Shown in pieces: positions 41,001 through 53,952 of a stretch of 64,000 bases of DNA (the first letter of the stretch is position 1; every line of letters begins with the position of its first letter). The notes under the pieces were generated by a model, which saw only the letters and a program-made list of their open reading frames with translations, ran no database searches and was not told where the DNA came from. A program made the position numbers and the translations under genes. Origin of the DNA: Octopus vulgaris (taxonomy: Eukaryota); the NCBI GenBank assembly GCA_951406725.2, contig OX597819.1, positions 114,390,001-114,454,000 of the forward strand, in the 5' to 3' direction.

Positions 41001-44000
41001 ACTCTTCTTCTTTCTGAGAAAACAACACAATAGGGGTCAGAGGTACCATTTTTGTCAGCTGCTAGTAGATTAGTAGCACCATGGATATGGACATATAGAA
41101 CACCAGCCACTGAAAATGAAGACAAATAGGGATAATCATGTCAGGTTGTCATAAATGTTACATGAATTACATGACAAACTTTTCCTTCCTTACTTAAAAA
41201 CAAGTCAACAGAGACAATCACCCACTAATGGATACATCTGACCACTAAAGGTCAAGCAATTATTTGTTGTTATTTTATTGGTCAGCCCTGATAGAATTGA
41301 TGAAAAGTATTCCAGATTTTATTTCTAGCAGCTTGATTTATTACATATAGACTTCTTTATTGGATCATGCCTTAACAATTAACCATTTGTCACACAGGGT
41401 AATATTCTACTTTAGATATAAAATCTTGGTTGGATTGTGGGAAAGAAACGGGAAGTTGAAACATTCATGATTTCCCAAGAGCAGTAACAAAAGTGAAATA
41501 AAGATTGCTATGAATAGAAGATAAATTTTGTAATTGGTGAGAGATATACTTGATTTAATAGATTACAATATCTTCTGAGTACTTAACTTACAAAGAAAAG
41601 AAAGAAGCAAAGAAAGCAAAACTAGGGCTATGTAAAATTCAAGAAAAATTATGTCTCAAATTTTAGTTAGTTTAACATCTCTTGTTCTGATTTGCTAATG
41701 ACTATGTCATCACCATCTCCATTATTTTGTTTCTAATGATTTATTTCATTTGTATATGGTCATAAACTGGTACAGGACTGAAGAGACACAACTGGATAGA
41801 AACACCAGTGTCTCAAAGTCCCCTTACATCAATGATTCTAGTGTGTTGTGAACACTATAACAATGATTAACATATTAATATTCAAATCTGTTTGAAAATA
41901 TCTGGAAAGAACATGCATGTCATCATTATGATTTTTGCTGTTCTTTGTGCTTATGATAACATTAATTCAACCTTGTATTTATTCTTAATTTCTTGGAATG
42001 ATTTTTCATTCTCATTCAGAGTTGCTATCAATTGTGGCTAATTTTTTGTTCTTTTCAATCTACAGGAAAAGTTTTAAGAGAAATTAAGAATTTATCAAGT
42101 ATGACAATCAGTAGATTCCCCTTGGCTTTGTTATCCAAATTCATGACACTAGTTCCTTTGAGTAGAGCTCCTTTTAGCTCCTTTAGGTTTTAATTAGGCA
42201 AATTACCCTTGGCCAAGAAATGCACTAAAGGCTTTTTGAATATGTTAAATTGTCTAAAACTGATAGGAGACAAGTAAGGGCAAAGCTATGCAGATGAGGT
42301 CGAATCAAAGTTGAACAATGTGTTCATAGCTGTCCCTTGTCTCTGAAATAGAGATCCATTTGTCCTAGTAATTCAAATTCAAATTTCTTCATAATCATTG
42401 AAGTTACTTCCCTTCATAATTCAGAGCTGCTAAAGTAAGTGTTAGGTTTTTTTTTTTGTTTTCCTTCTTTGTATATAAGGCAAGTTTTAAAAAATTAAGA
42501 ATTTACGGAGAACAGCATTCAGTACATTGCCCTTGTTTTTGTTCAAAGACAACAGACCATTCTAACTGGTGATACACAGTGTGGTAGAAGACCTGACTTT
42601 CCATGGAAAAATGTACCCCGACAAGATAACATTTAGGGGTTGATATTTGTTCCCTATCAAGCCTATGTCTGTTGCTTTATCACATTGCAACCTTGCTCCC
42701 TACTCTAATCAATCTATTGCTCACCTTGTCTTTTGCCTGCCTCTTTATAGCTTATAGCTCTCTATCTCTCATTTCTCCATGACATGAGCTGAGCATATTA
42801 TCTTTATCACTCAGACTCGCTTACCCTTTACCATGTATAACAGACTGCATTAGGCTGCTCACTACCCTTAGCCAATACACTCTAGCTTGGCCATTCTGTA
42901 CTGCCAGTCATCACTCTCTCTTCTCTGGGCTACTTCTATATCTACCCATCACCTACTCTTGCATTTATCTCATCACTCACCCTCACCTTTGTCTACATCT
43001 ATTGCCAATCACTTCCCTTCCTGACTGCCCCCAAATAACTCTGCTTTTCTATCATACTTATTATGGTCCTTGGAATGTCACTGATTTCTCTCCTATTCTT
43101 TTCTTTGGCCATCTGAGCAAATGTACATGCTTGATGTTATTGACTACATTTACATCTCTGTCCTGCTCCATTCTCAGCCACCCTTTTCTGGCTTTTCTGC
43201 AGTCATCACTACCTCTGTCTCTCTTCTATTCCCCTGCTCAGTTTACATACTTTAGATTACTGAGTACTCTTTACATTTGCAGTGTACAAAGCATACCTTG
43301 TCTGTTGGTTCCATGATGGAAACCACCCCTTAGTGCTCCCTCTACAGTGATTGGTGAGCAAGACAACCAATCTAGTGCTGATGCTGTGACAAATGCACTA
43401 TACAATGTAAACTGGTTGTCAAGGAAAGAACAGGGTTGTGAGCTTCATTTAGTTCTGTCTTGCTGAGGACTGTTCAACTCCTCTAGTATTGATGCTATGA
43501 GAAAAAGCATCCAACACACTCTTAAAAGTGATTTGCACTATGAAGGACATCTAACCATAACAAGTAAGGAACTCAAATGACATGTATGAACACCAATCAA
43601 TGGGAGTGGTGTCTCTTGATAAAAAATGGATTAGCGGTAAATTGATGATGGTAATGATGGCAGCATATATATTATATTCACGCCTACAAACATTTAATAG
43701 CTCCATGTGCCAGCTGCCATTTAAAAAATTATGTATATTTTCATTGATTTTCCAATAAGTGTAAAGATCTTCCTCAGCAAATAAATACTGTCCTAAATAT
43801 TGGCCCCAGTTATGCCACCCATCCAAATAATTTAATAAAAATATTAAAGCAACAGCTAATTATTTAGAAAAGTAACAATAACATTCCTCCCACTTCTTCC
43901 TCTCACATAAAAGCAAACATTATGACTTTTGTCACAGTGTGACAAAAGTCATGATGGTTTCATAAATATATTTTGATATCTGTTTGTTATTGTTCTCTCT

Positions 44001-45572
44001 TCCACATAATTAACCTCATTACATAGAACAATTCATAAATATGACAATGTAAAACGTCATCATCATCATTTCTACATCTGCTTTTTGCATGAGGTTATGA
44101 GGTGGATGAGAGTTCTTGAAGCTGTATGATATGATAGGATACCTCTCCTGGTGCAAATTGCAAAATACTTTAAATATATTCACAAATGTAATGAAATTGA
44201 TTTCCATTATAATGTTCAGCTTATTTGATATAAATGAATGTGTTTGTGTGTATGAGGGGGAGGCGGGTGAATATTTAAAAATTATACTTTTATAACTACC
44301 AATTAGAAAAAATAGAGAAAACAAAATAACAAACCCACTGATAGGAACTAAAAATAATTTAGATATCTAGAACACTGACCCTATTCATGCCTAAATGACT
44401 GATGAATTATTGGGGAACAAAATGAGATATTATGAAAGTGAAAAGTTTATTTAAAGCAGACATTTACTCTTTATTTCAGAGAGAAGAGAAAGCAAAAACA
44501 GTGATGTTATTGGGTGAAGGATAATGTTGATGACATGACTGTACTGGTATGGAAGTGTGATGCAAATAAAAAATAGATACCAAGGATAAAAATGTTGTGG
44601 GTTGAAAGTGGAGAATACATGAGCAAAACACAGGAGGATTTGGGGATGAAAAATCAATGCCTTATAAATGAGACAATAGAATATTATAAACAGTGGTGAT
44701 ATACTGTTTGGAAGACTTGGTTAACCCAATCCCAGTTTGAAAAATAGATATGAAAATGATAACTCATCATGCTAACAGATATCAAAGAATCTGAGTCACC
44801 AGAGACATTTGAAACTATCACATTTAATTTCAGCATTCAAAAACAATATCATTTATTATTGTTAACACTGTCATATCTCCAAACACTATGGTTATATTCT
44901 GCCACATTTTAATAATGTTTATAAATTCCTACAAGGTTATTGAGTGACTACCTGAATGTAGAAAATCCTCCTTGAGTTTACAGGCTGGAAACAAGAGTAA
45001 TTTTGTTGGAATATGAAACAGGTATTGCATGTAAAAGATAGTAAGTAACTTAAGAACAGTACATCAGAACACACAAAATATATGCAGGAAAAAAAGAAAT
45101 AGAAACTCTTACCATCTTTTATGACCTGTTCATCTTTTATGCTTGATTCGAGTTTAATTGGTGCCAGAGGGGTGTACTGGAGAGATAAATACAATTTGCT
45201 GCCATCTTTGTTTTCAAGAATGGTATCTACTCTGTTGGGTAGAAAAAAAAAACAAAAAAAAAAAAACATGATATGGCTGTTTGTATTTAGACACATAAAT
45301 ATAGCAAAATAAATGTGCAGAAGTTTTTGCATAGGCAGGAAACTAGAGACTTTTTAAAGAAAAAGCTTGTGATTTTCATACTTTAGTGAAGAACAGTCCT
45401 AATATTTATAATAGAATTGATATTCACTGGGAAATGAAGCTGGTTTGTGAACTCAGTTCTTTGAAAACATAACTATGCACACCAGTACCAACCACAAAAA
45501 CATTTCCAATATTTTTTTTGTTTTAACCTGGCATAAGTTCAATTCTTTCTTTTTCTCTTCCCCTCCCTCCTT

Positions 45573-45612
<40 letters not shown>

Positions 45613-46680
45613 TAGTATTATAACCCGATTTCATTTGGGTCTACTCAGGCAACATTTTAAAGATGAGGAATTTTGCCCTAGAGGCCACGCCTTGCAATTG
45701 AGCGAACTCCCCAGCACTTTTAACATAGGTGTGCAAATTTTCAGGTCAATCCAACCACATTTACTAACACTTTTGCCTTTACAACTGCTTGTGAGAAAAT
45801 GTCCACCCTTTTCACAAATATATAGTATATATATATGGAGTATATATATATGGCCCAGTGGTTAGGGCGGTGGACTTGTGGTCGGAGGATCACAGTTTTG
45901 ATTCCCAGACCGGGTATTGTGTGTGTTTATTGAGCGAAAACACCTAAAGCTCCACGAGGCTCCGGCAGGGGGTGGTGGCGACCCCTATTGTACTCTTTCT
46001 CTAACTCTTTCTTCCTGTTTCTTGAGTAACGCTGTGATGGACTGGCATTCCGTCCAGCTGAGGGGAACACATACGCCACAGAAACTGGGAAACTGGGCCC
46101 ATGAGCCGGTGGCACATAAAAAGCTCCATCCGAACGTGGCCGATGCCAGCACCGCCTTGGCTGGCTTCCTTGCCGGTGGCACGTTAAAAGCACCAACTGA
46201 TCGTGGCCGATGCCAGACCCCACTGGCACCTGTGCAGGTGGCATGTAAAAAGCACCCACTACACTCGCGGAGTGGTTGGCGTTAGGAAGGGCATCCAGCT
46301 GTAGAAACACTGCCAGATCAGACTGGAGCCTGGTGCAGCCCTAGCTTCCCAGACCCTGGTCGAACTGTCCAACCCGTGCTAGCGCGGAAAACGGACGTTA
46401 AACGATGATGATGATGATGATGCAAGGCACAATCTCTCTGGTGCTACAATGAAATATATTCAAGTTCAAGTGTAACATGGCTGGTGTCTAGAAGGGATCC
46501 AATTGTAAAAAAAAAAAGCATCATAAAAACATGACATAGCCAACAAACATATCTGGTTTTTCTATTGCTGTGTGTTCCAGATGATGTAAGGCCATGTTGA
46601 GTGGATAGATATTTGTTTAGTCTATGCCAGCATGGAAAACAGATTGATGATGATAATGAGTGTATATGCACTGATTTATG

Positions 46681-46717
<37 letters not shown>

Positions 46718-48010
46718 TTAATGTCTCCGAAAAGATACAAAACATATGCTGCCCATATGACATCAGGACAGTATTAGAAGGACCAATAGAAGAGAATATG
46801 ACCAAAGACTGTGTGTACTCCATCCCATGCAGCTGTGGTAGGTTATATAAAGGTGAAACATGCAGCTCCCCACTCAAAATAAGGGTAGAGGAACATCACA
46901 AAGCTGTGACATGAAGAGATATTGATAAATCAGGTATAGCTGATCATTTATAGAAAAAAAGAGACTTCCTCCCCCTGTGGGATGAAGTTAAAATAACAGA
47001 CAGAGAACACTGGAAAATATGAAAACTAAAAGAAGCCGCACATATGCTAGGACATAATAACCTCCTAAACAGACCCAGTGCAGATATGAGTAGCATATGG
47101 GAACCAGTATTAAGGAAGGATAGGAAAATATAAGATTTATAAGCCCTAAAATTCACTTCATAATTGCCCATGGGCATATGGTGTAGTGGTTAAGAGTACG
47201 GGCTACTAACCCCAAGATTCCGAGTTTGGTTCCAGGCAGTGACCTGAAAGATAATAATAATAATAATAACATTGAAAAATATCTTAGGAATGAGAACCCA
47301 GGTTCAAAATTATTCCAGGACACCTGATGAAGGCTGGAGGGTATATCAGCTGAAACGTGTTAACAACAAACAAGATGAGGACAAATATCTGTCAAATGTA
47401 AATAATGATAATTCCTCTTCCTTCCTTGTTTGTTTCGTATACATTCGAAGCTTTTTTCCAAGGTATCTGGTGCTGTTAGCTTGGTTTTTCCTTGGGGCTG
47501 GCTGGATTAGAGCAATCAATTCAAGATTAATTAGCCGAAATTGCGAGGATGATCCAGTTCTTGACTGAAGATTGACCCGTCTGTGTTTTTTGTATTGTCT
47601 TCTGGAGGTTTTGCGTTCTTGTCCCATTTTGTATTTTATATATATATATATATGTATACAGACATTATTATTGAAATAGAAATTATTCCCCCCCAAAATG
47701 TCATCTGTACTCATTTTTTCAAATACATAATACTGTACCAAGACCTTTCTTTTTATTATTCTGCTATATATCATCATCATCATTTAACGTCCGTTTTCCA
47801 TGCTAGCATGGGTTGGACGGTTCAACCAGGGCCTAGGAAGTCAGGAGGCTGGACCAGGCACCAGTCTGATCTGGCTGTGTTTCTACAACTGGCTGCCCTT
47901 CCTAATGCCAACCAGTCCATGAGTGTAGTGGATGCTTTTTACGTGCCACCGGCATGGAAGGCAGTCAAGGTGGCACTGGCATCAGCCACGTTCGGATGGT
48001 GCTTTTTACG

Positions 48011-48062
<52 letters not shown>

Positions 48063-48671
48063 TGATGATGATAATATACATGTATGTTTTACTGGTTGCT
48101 TAAATAGCAAAAAATTTTTGGGAATTTAAGCAACCATTGAAACATACATTTTTCAGTTTGGAAATTGCTATTTGAAACTTGAAACTCATACCAGAGTCAA
48201 TATATTATCAAAATAAAAATTATCCTCCTCCCCAAAAGCCATCTCTACTCATTTTCTCAAATAAATATATATATATATATCATCATTGTACATACATCTA
48301 TGCTTAATGTGAAAACGAGTGGTATAGAAAAACAAGAATATTTATGCACCCCTACCATACACATGAATAACTGAGTTCAATTGTATAAGGTAAATGTATA
48401 TTTATATACTTTTGAATACACATTAAAATAGAATACATTACACATAGTTGCAAGTAAGGTGAAGCTGAAAGCTTGAGAATGTGGCGTATAGTTATGAGTA
48501 AAGTAGAAGTGCGGAAGAGGCAAGATCAACATCAACTTACTCTCCCTTTATTTGGAATGGGTACTGAGACAGTAATATTTCATGTTCTTCGAGTGTAACA
48601 CTGGTCAATAAGCGTTTGCATTTGTATTTTAGATGAAGCTGAAAAATCGAAACAGAATAATAATAATGATG

Positions 48672-48702
<31 letters not shown>

Positions 48703-49449
48703 TAATAATAATAATAAGAAGAAGAAGAAGAATGATGATAATAATAATAATAATCCTTTCTACAGGAGGCACAAGGCGTTAGATTTGGGGGGAGGGGACC
48801 AGTATGTAACTGGTACTTAATTTATTGACCCCAAAAGGATGAAAGGCAAAGTCGACCCCAGCAGCATTTGAACTAAGAACGTGGTGCCACACAAAATGCC
48901 ACTAAGCATTTCGCCTGGCACGCTAACAATTCAACCAGCTCATTTCCTTAAAATAATAATAATAATAACAACAATATTGGTAATAATTTCTTTCTACTAT
49001 AAGCACAAGGCCTGAAATTTTAAGGAAGGGGACAGTTGATTGCATCGACCCCAGTGTATACCTGGTATTTAGTTAATTAACCCCAAAAGGATGAAAAGCA
49101 AAGTTGACTTCAGTAGAATATGAACCCAGAATATAGCACTGGAAGCTGCAAAGCATTTAGTCAAAAATGTTAACAATTATGCCTGCTTGCTGCCTTAATA
49201 ATAGTAATAATAATAATGATGTCTTTAATTCTTTCTACTACAGACACATGAACTGAAATTTGGAGGAGAGGGGATAAGTCAATTACATCGACTCCAGTAC
49301 TTAATTGGTGCTTATTTTAACCCCAAAAGGATGAAAAGGCCAACCTAGGTGGAATTTGAACACAGAATATAAAGGCAGACAAAATACCATAAAGCAATTT
49401 GTTTGGCACACTAATGATTTTACCTATTCAAAGTCTTAAAATAATAATG

Positions 49450-49481
<32 letters not shown>

Positions 49482-52175
49482 CATTTAAAGCCCATTGTCC
49501 ATGCTGGCATGGGTTGAACAGCTTGACTGGGCTGGCATGCCAGAAGGCTGCACCAGGCACCGGTCTGATTTGGCATGATTTGGATGCCCTTCCTAACACT
49601 AACCACTCTGAGAGTATAATGGGTGTTTCTACATGCCGTTGGCACAGGTGCCATTTGCATGACACTGGGGTGCATTTACGTGCTACCAGCATGGGGTTCA
49701 ATTTGTGTGACACCAGTATCTGCCATGACTGCGATTTTGCTCAGTTTGATGGGTCTTCTTCTCAAGCATGACATAATACCAAAGGTCTTGGTCATCGCCT
49801 CTGTGAGGCTCAGAATTATTATTAGGTTATATTGTACACAGTACTCAGGTGCACTACAACTAATCAGAAAAAGAAGTAAATGAGGGAATGGGAAGCCTCA
49901 ATAACTCAAGTAGACAGCAATGACAGCCAAAATCATGTATACAATAACATTCATAGTACACAAGATAAAGCACAGGAAGTCAGAAAAGTGAACAGAAAAA
50001 CAATCTTAGAGAGGGAAGGGTGTACAGGCATGTCAAGAGTCGTGTTGACAAATTTTGAGAAGCACAGAATTTTTGAAGGTTACTGTATGCAACTCTGAAA
50101 GTCATGGGTACTACATTGATTTTTGAAAGCAAAATAAGAAAAAACAACTAAAACCCTATGAATTGTGAGGCAGTGGTCATGCTGGAGTGGTACTAAAATA
50201 GTAGAGGTTGTGGCTTAACAGTGCGGGTGAAGTAATTTTTGTGTGACAATGGTGACATGTTGGTAGCCATTTAGCAATGGAGTGGTAGTAGTGAACCAGT
50301 GGTTGTGGTTTAGTAGTGGTGAGACAGCAGTATTGTATTAGGGGTCATGTAGCAGTGGGGATGGTGGAGGGATAGCAGTGTAGGGTGAAGCAGTGGTGTA
50401 CTAGTAAGGACATTATAAAACCAAACTAACCTTATCTGTTGCCAAATCACTGACTAAAAAGGAACAAAGATCCTCCCAGTTTTGCGAATCATAAACCTCA
50501 GGACATTGACGCTTGTGATCACTGAGTCTAAGTACTGTGTAGACCACATCGTCAAGGCCATTGTCTGCAATAAAATAAGAGCCACAACAATATCAGCAAC
50601 AAGAACAATAATATTAGCAGTCATAACTATACTATTTCTTTTGATAGTTTAAGCATTGGCATGCAGTCACCCTGGGGCATTGCCTTTAATTATATTGAAC
50701 CTAGCACTTGCTTTATCAATCTCTATTAAGTTACAGGACATAAAAGAGCACAATATAAAGAACACATGCTTTAAGACAGGTGTAAGCATAAGCAAAGTCA
50801 TAAACACACACACACACACAAAGTTAACTCTAATACATTTGACTCTACCTTCAGTCAGTCTATCAGTAAATGTTCCATTATTATTACTAAACTAGTTTAA
50901 AATAATAATCTCAGTTTAACATATACATACAGACATACACACACCATCATCGTCATTTTTTTAATGTCTATTTTATCATCATTGAGGTAGATTTTTCTAT
51001 GACCAAATGGCCTTCTTGTCACCAACCGTGACCTCTTTACAACCAAGATAATATTCCCATCACTTGGCATGTTTTCATGGAAGACTGGAAATGAATAACG
51101 TTACTTGTATGATAGTATTTACATCTATCATGCAATGTCAAGACAAGAAGATATAAACATACACACATATGTGTTTGCTTTCTGCACAGTTTCTGTTGAT
51201 TAAGTTCAGCTTACAAGCTATTGATCAATCTGAAGCTGAGGTAGAGAACATTTGCCATAGTAGGATTGAACTCAAAATCATGCGCTCACAAAACTTATCT
51301 TTCTTAACATAACTTTTTAACCACCCAGTCATGCCTGTACTCTATAGTAAAATATGCAATTTTGTTACTTTTATACTGGTTTTGATAACAATAATATTAA
51401 TAAGGAAAACAAGTAGACTTTAACGAACTAACTAGGTCAGTATTAAATTCTAACAGTAGTAGTATTTACACATATATTTTTAAACACACAAGAACGCTCA
51501 AATGGTGTTTTTACATGTCACCTGCACAGGAGCCAGTCCAGCAGCACTGGCAACGACCTCATTCGAATGTTTTTTCATGTGCGACCGGCACAAGTGCCAG
51601 TAAGGCGACGCTAGTAACGATCACACTCGAATGGTGCTTTTTATGTGCCTATATAAGTAATATATATATATATATACTAGCAGTATCGCCCGGCGTTGCT
51701 CGGGTTTGTAAGGGAAATAACTATATAAGCATTTTTAGAGAGTTACTTCCCTTATAGATGCCAATTCGGGCTTTCTTAGCCATTTCTGTTTTGGTGTCTT
51801 CAAGCCGTGAAGTCGTTGTTCTAAAAGAACGCTGGTCTCCTTGACAACGCATTACGACGTTGATTTCCTTAAACTCCCTTCCCCACAGCTTCACGAGGGA
51901 GGGAAGAAGGGGGAGAAGCAAACACAGGTGCAGGTGTTTGAGCGTGGACGCCAACTCCACCGCCATCGACACACGAAATATTATGCATTAAAATGGAATA
52001 AAAAATGATGTTAAATTATTTTTAAAATCGTAGACTCATCGTAGACGCGCGCTAATAGCCAGAGGGGCTCGATATTAATCACGACTATAAGATACCCGAA
52101 TTTGGTTAAACTGCACCGCAAAATGTGGGAGGAGTTAGGAATCTAAATCGAAGGGGACAGACACTCACACAACTA

Positions 52176-52223
<48 letters not shown>

Positions 52224-53914
52224 TATATTCACACAATCCATGCCAGTGGCATGTAAACAAAGCACCCCCTACACTCTTGGAGTAGTTGGTGTTAGGAATG
52301 GCATCCAGCTGTAGAAACCTTGCCAAATCAGATTGGAACCTGGTACAGGGCCCCCCCACCCTGACTTACCAGTTATCAATCAATGCATCCAACCCATGCC
52401 AGCATGGAAAACAGGGCATTAAATGACAACGAAGATGGTGACTTGCACCTGTAATTACACCAACATACAAACTACAAGCATACACATATGCACACACTTA
52501 CACAGTCATACATATAATCATGATAGTAACCAAGTAATAAAGATGAAAATATATAAATTAAAAGAACTCAGGTTAAAACAGTTGAAATCTCTTACTTACC
52601 TATGTTGGGTTTGGGGTAACCTTTTATGTGTATGGTTAGGACACCTTGTGCTGGATATGAAATGGAAATAATACAGAATAGGATTTCAATGAGAAAGAGT
52701 TCATGATTGTTTCAATTATTTAAAATAATCAATGTAGAGGGGTGTGTTTAAAAAATATGATGCAGTCTCCACCCAATGCTAGTATAACATGCAATAAGCC
52801 TGCATCTTGTTCTGGGGTGGGACCATAAAGGATGTGTATCCTAGGGCCCTGAAGCAAGTCCAGGAGAGAACAATCACTGATGGTTGATCTTGAGAATAAG
52901 CACAATGGGAATTTTAAGGAGTGAGTTAATACTATTAAAACCGACTTCTCTTTCACATATATTGTTAGTAGTTATTTTATTGATTCCTAGAAGGATGAAA
53001 ATGTCAATTCCAGAAGGGTATTGAACTTACAAATGCGAGATATTAAACTAGAGTATGTGAAGCACTACCTCTAGCTTTATAGTGGCAGAATCATTAGAAC
53101 GTCGGGCAAAATGCTTAGCAGCATTTCATCCAGCTTCATGTTCTAAGTTCAAATTCTGCTGAGGTGAATTTTGCCTTTTGTCTTTTTGGGGTTGATAAAA
53201 TACATACCAACTGAGCATTAAGGTTAATTTAATTGACTTATCTCCACCCCCAAATTGCTGGCCTTGTGCTAAAATTTGAAACCAAAATAGGTACCAAACC
53301 AGAAATTTGTAGGGAAGAGATTAGTTGATTAAACTGACCTCAGTATGTTACTGGTAGTTTAATTTATTGACCCCAGAAGAATGAAATGCAGAGTTTCCCT
53401 CAAAAGAATTTTTAAGGAGCAGAATAAATTCTGCAAGACATGGAATTTTTCCTTGACATACCAATGATTTTTCCAATCCATTGATCTGAATATATCAATA
53501 ATAATAATGGTTTCAAATTTTGGTACAAGGCCAGTAATCATAGGAGAGAGAGTAAGTTGATTACATTGACCTCAGTGCTCAACTAGCATCTATCTTACCA
53601 ACTGCGAAAGAATGAAAGGCAAAATTGACATCAGCAACATTTGAAAGTAAAAGATGAACGAAATGCTACTAAGCATTTTACCTGGTGTAATAATAATAAT
53701 TTCTTAAATAGGCACAAAACCAGAAATTTTGGGGGAAGCAACAGTTGATTATACCAACTCCAATCCTTGACTTGTACTTTATTTTATTGACACAAAAAGG
53801 ATGAAAGTTTAACTTTAATTTCAGTGGGATGTGAACTCAAGATATAAAGAGCCAGACAAATACTGCAAGGTAATTTGTTCAATGTGCTAACAATTCTGCC
53901 AATCAATCACCCTA

Positions 53915-53952
<38 letters not shown>

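Noticed and set aside
47172-47245. Possible tRNA gene
   Set aside because: Acceptor and T stems do not pair properly, the B box is degenerate, and it is embedded in a repeat; treated as a SINE-type head.
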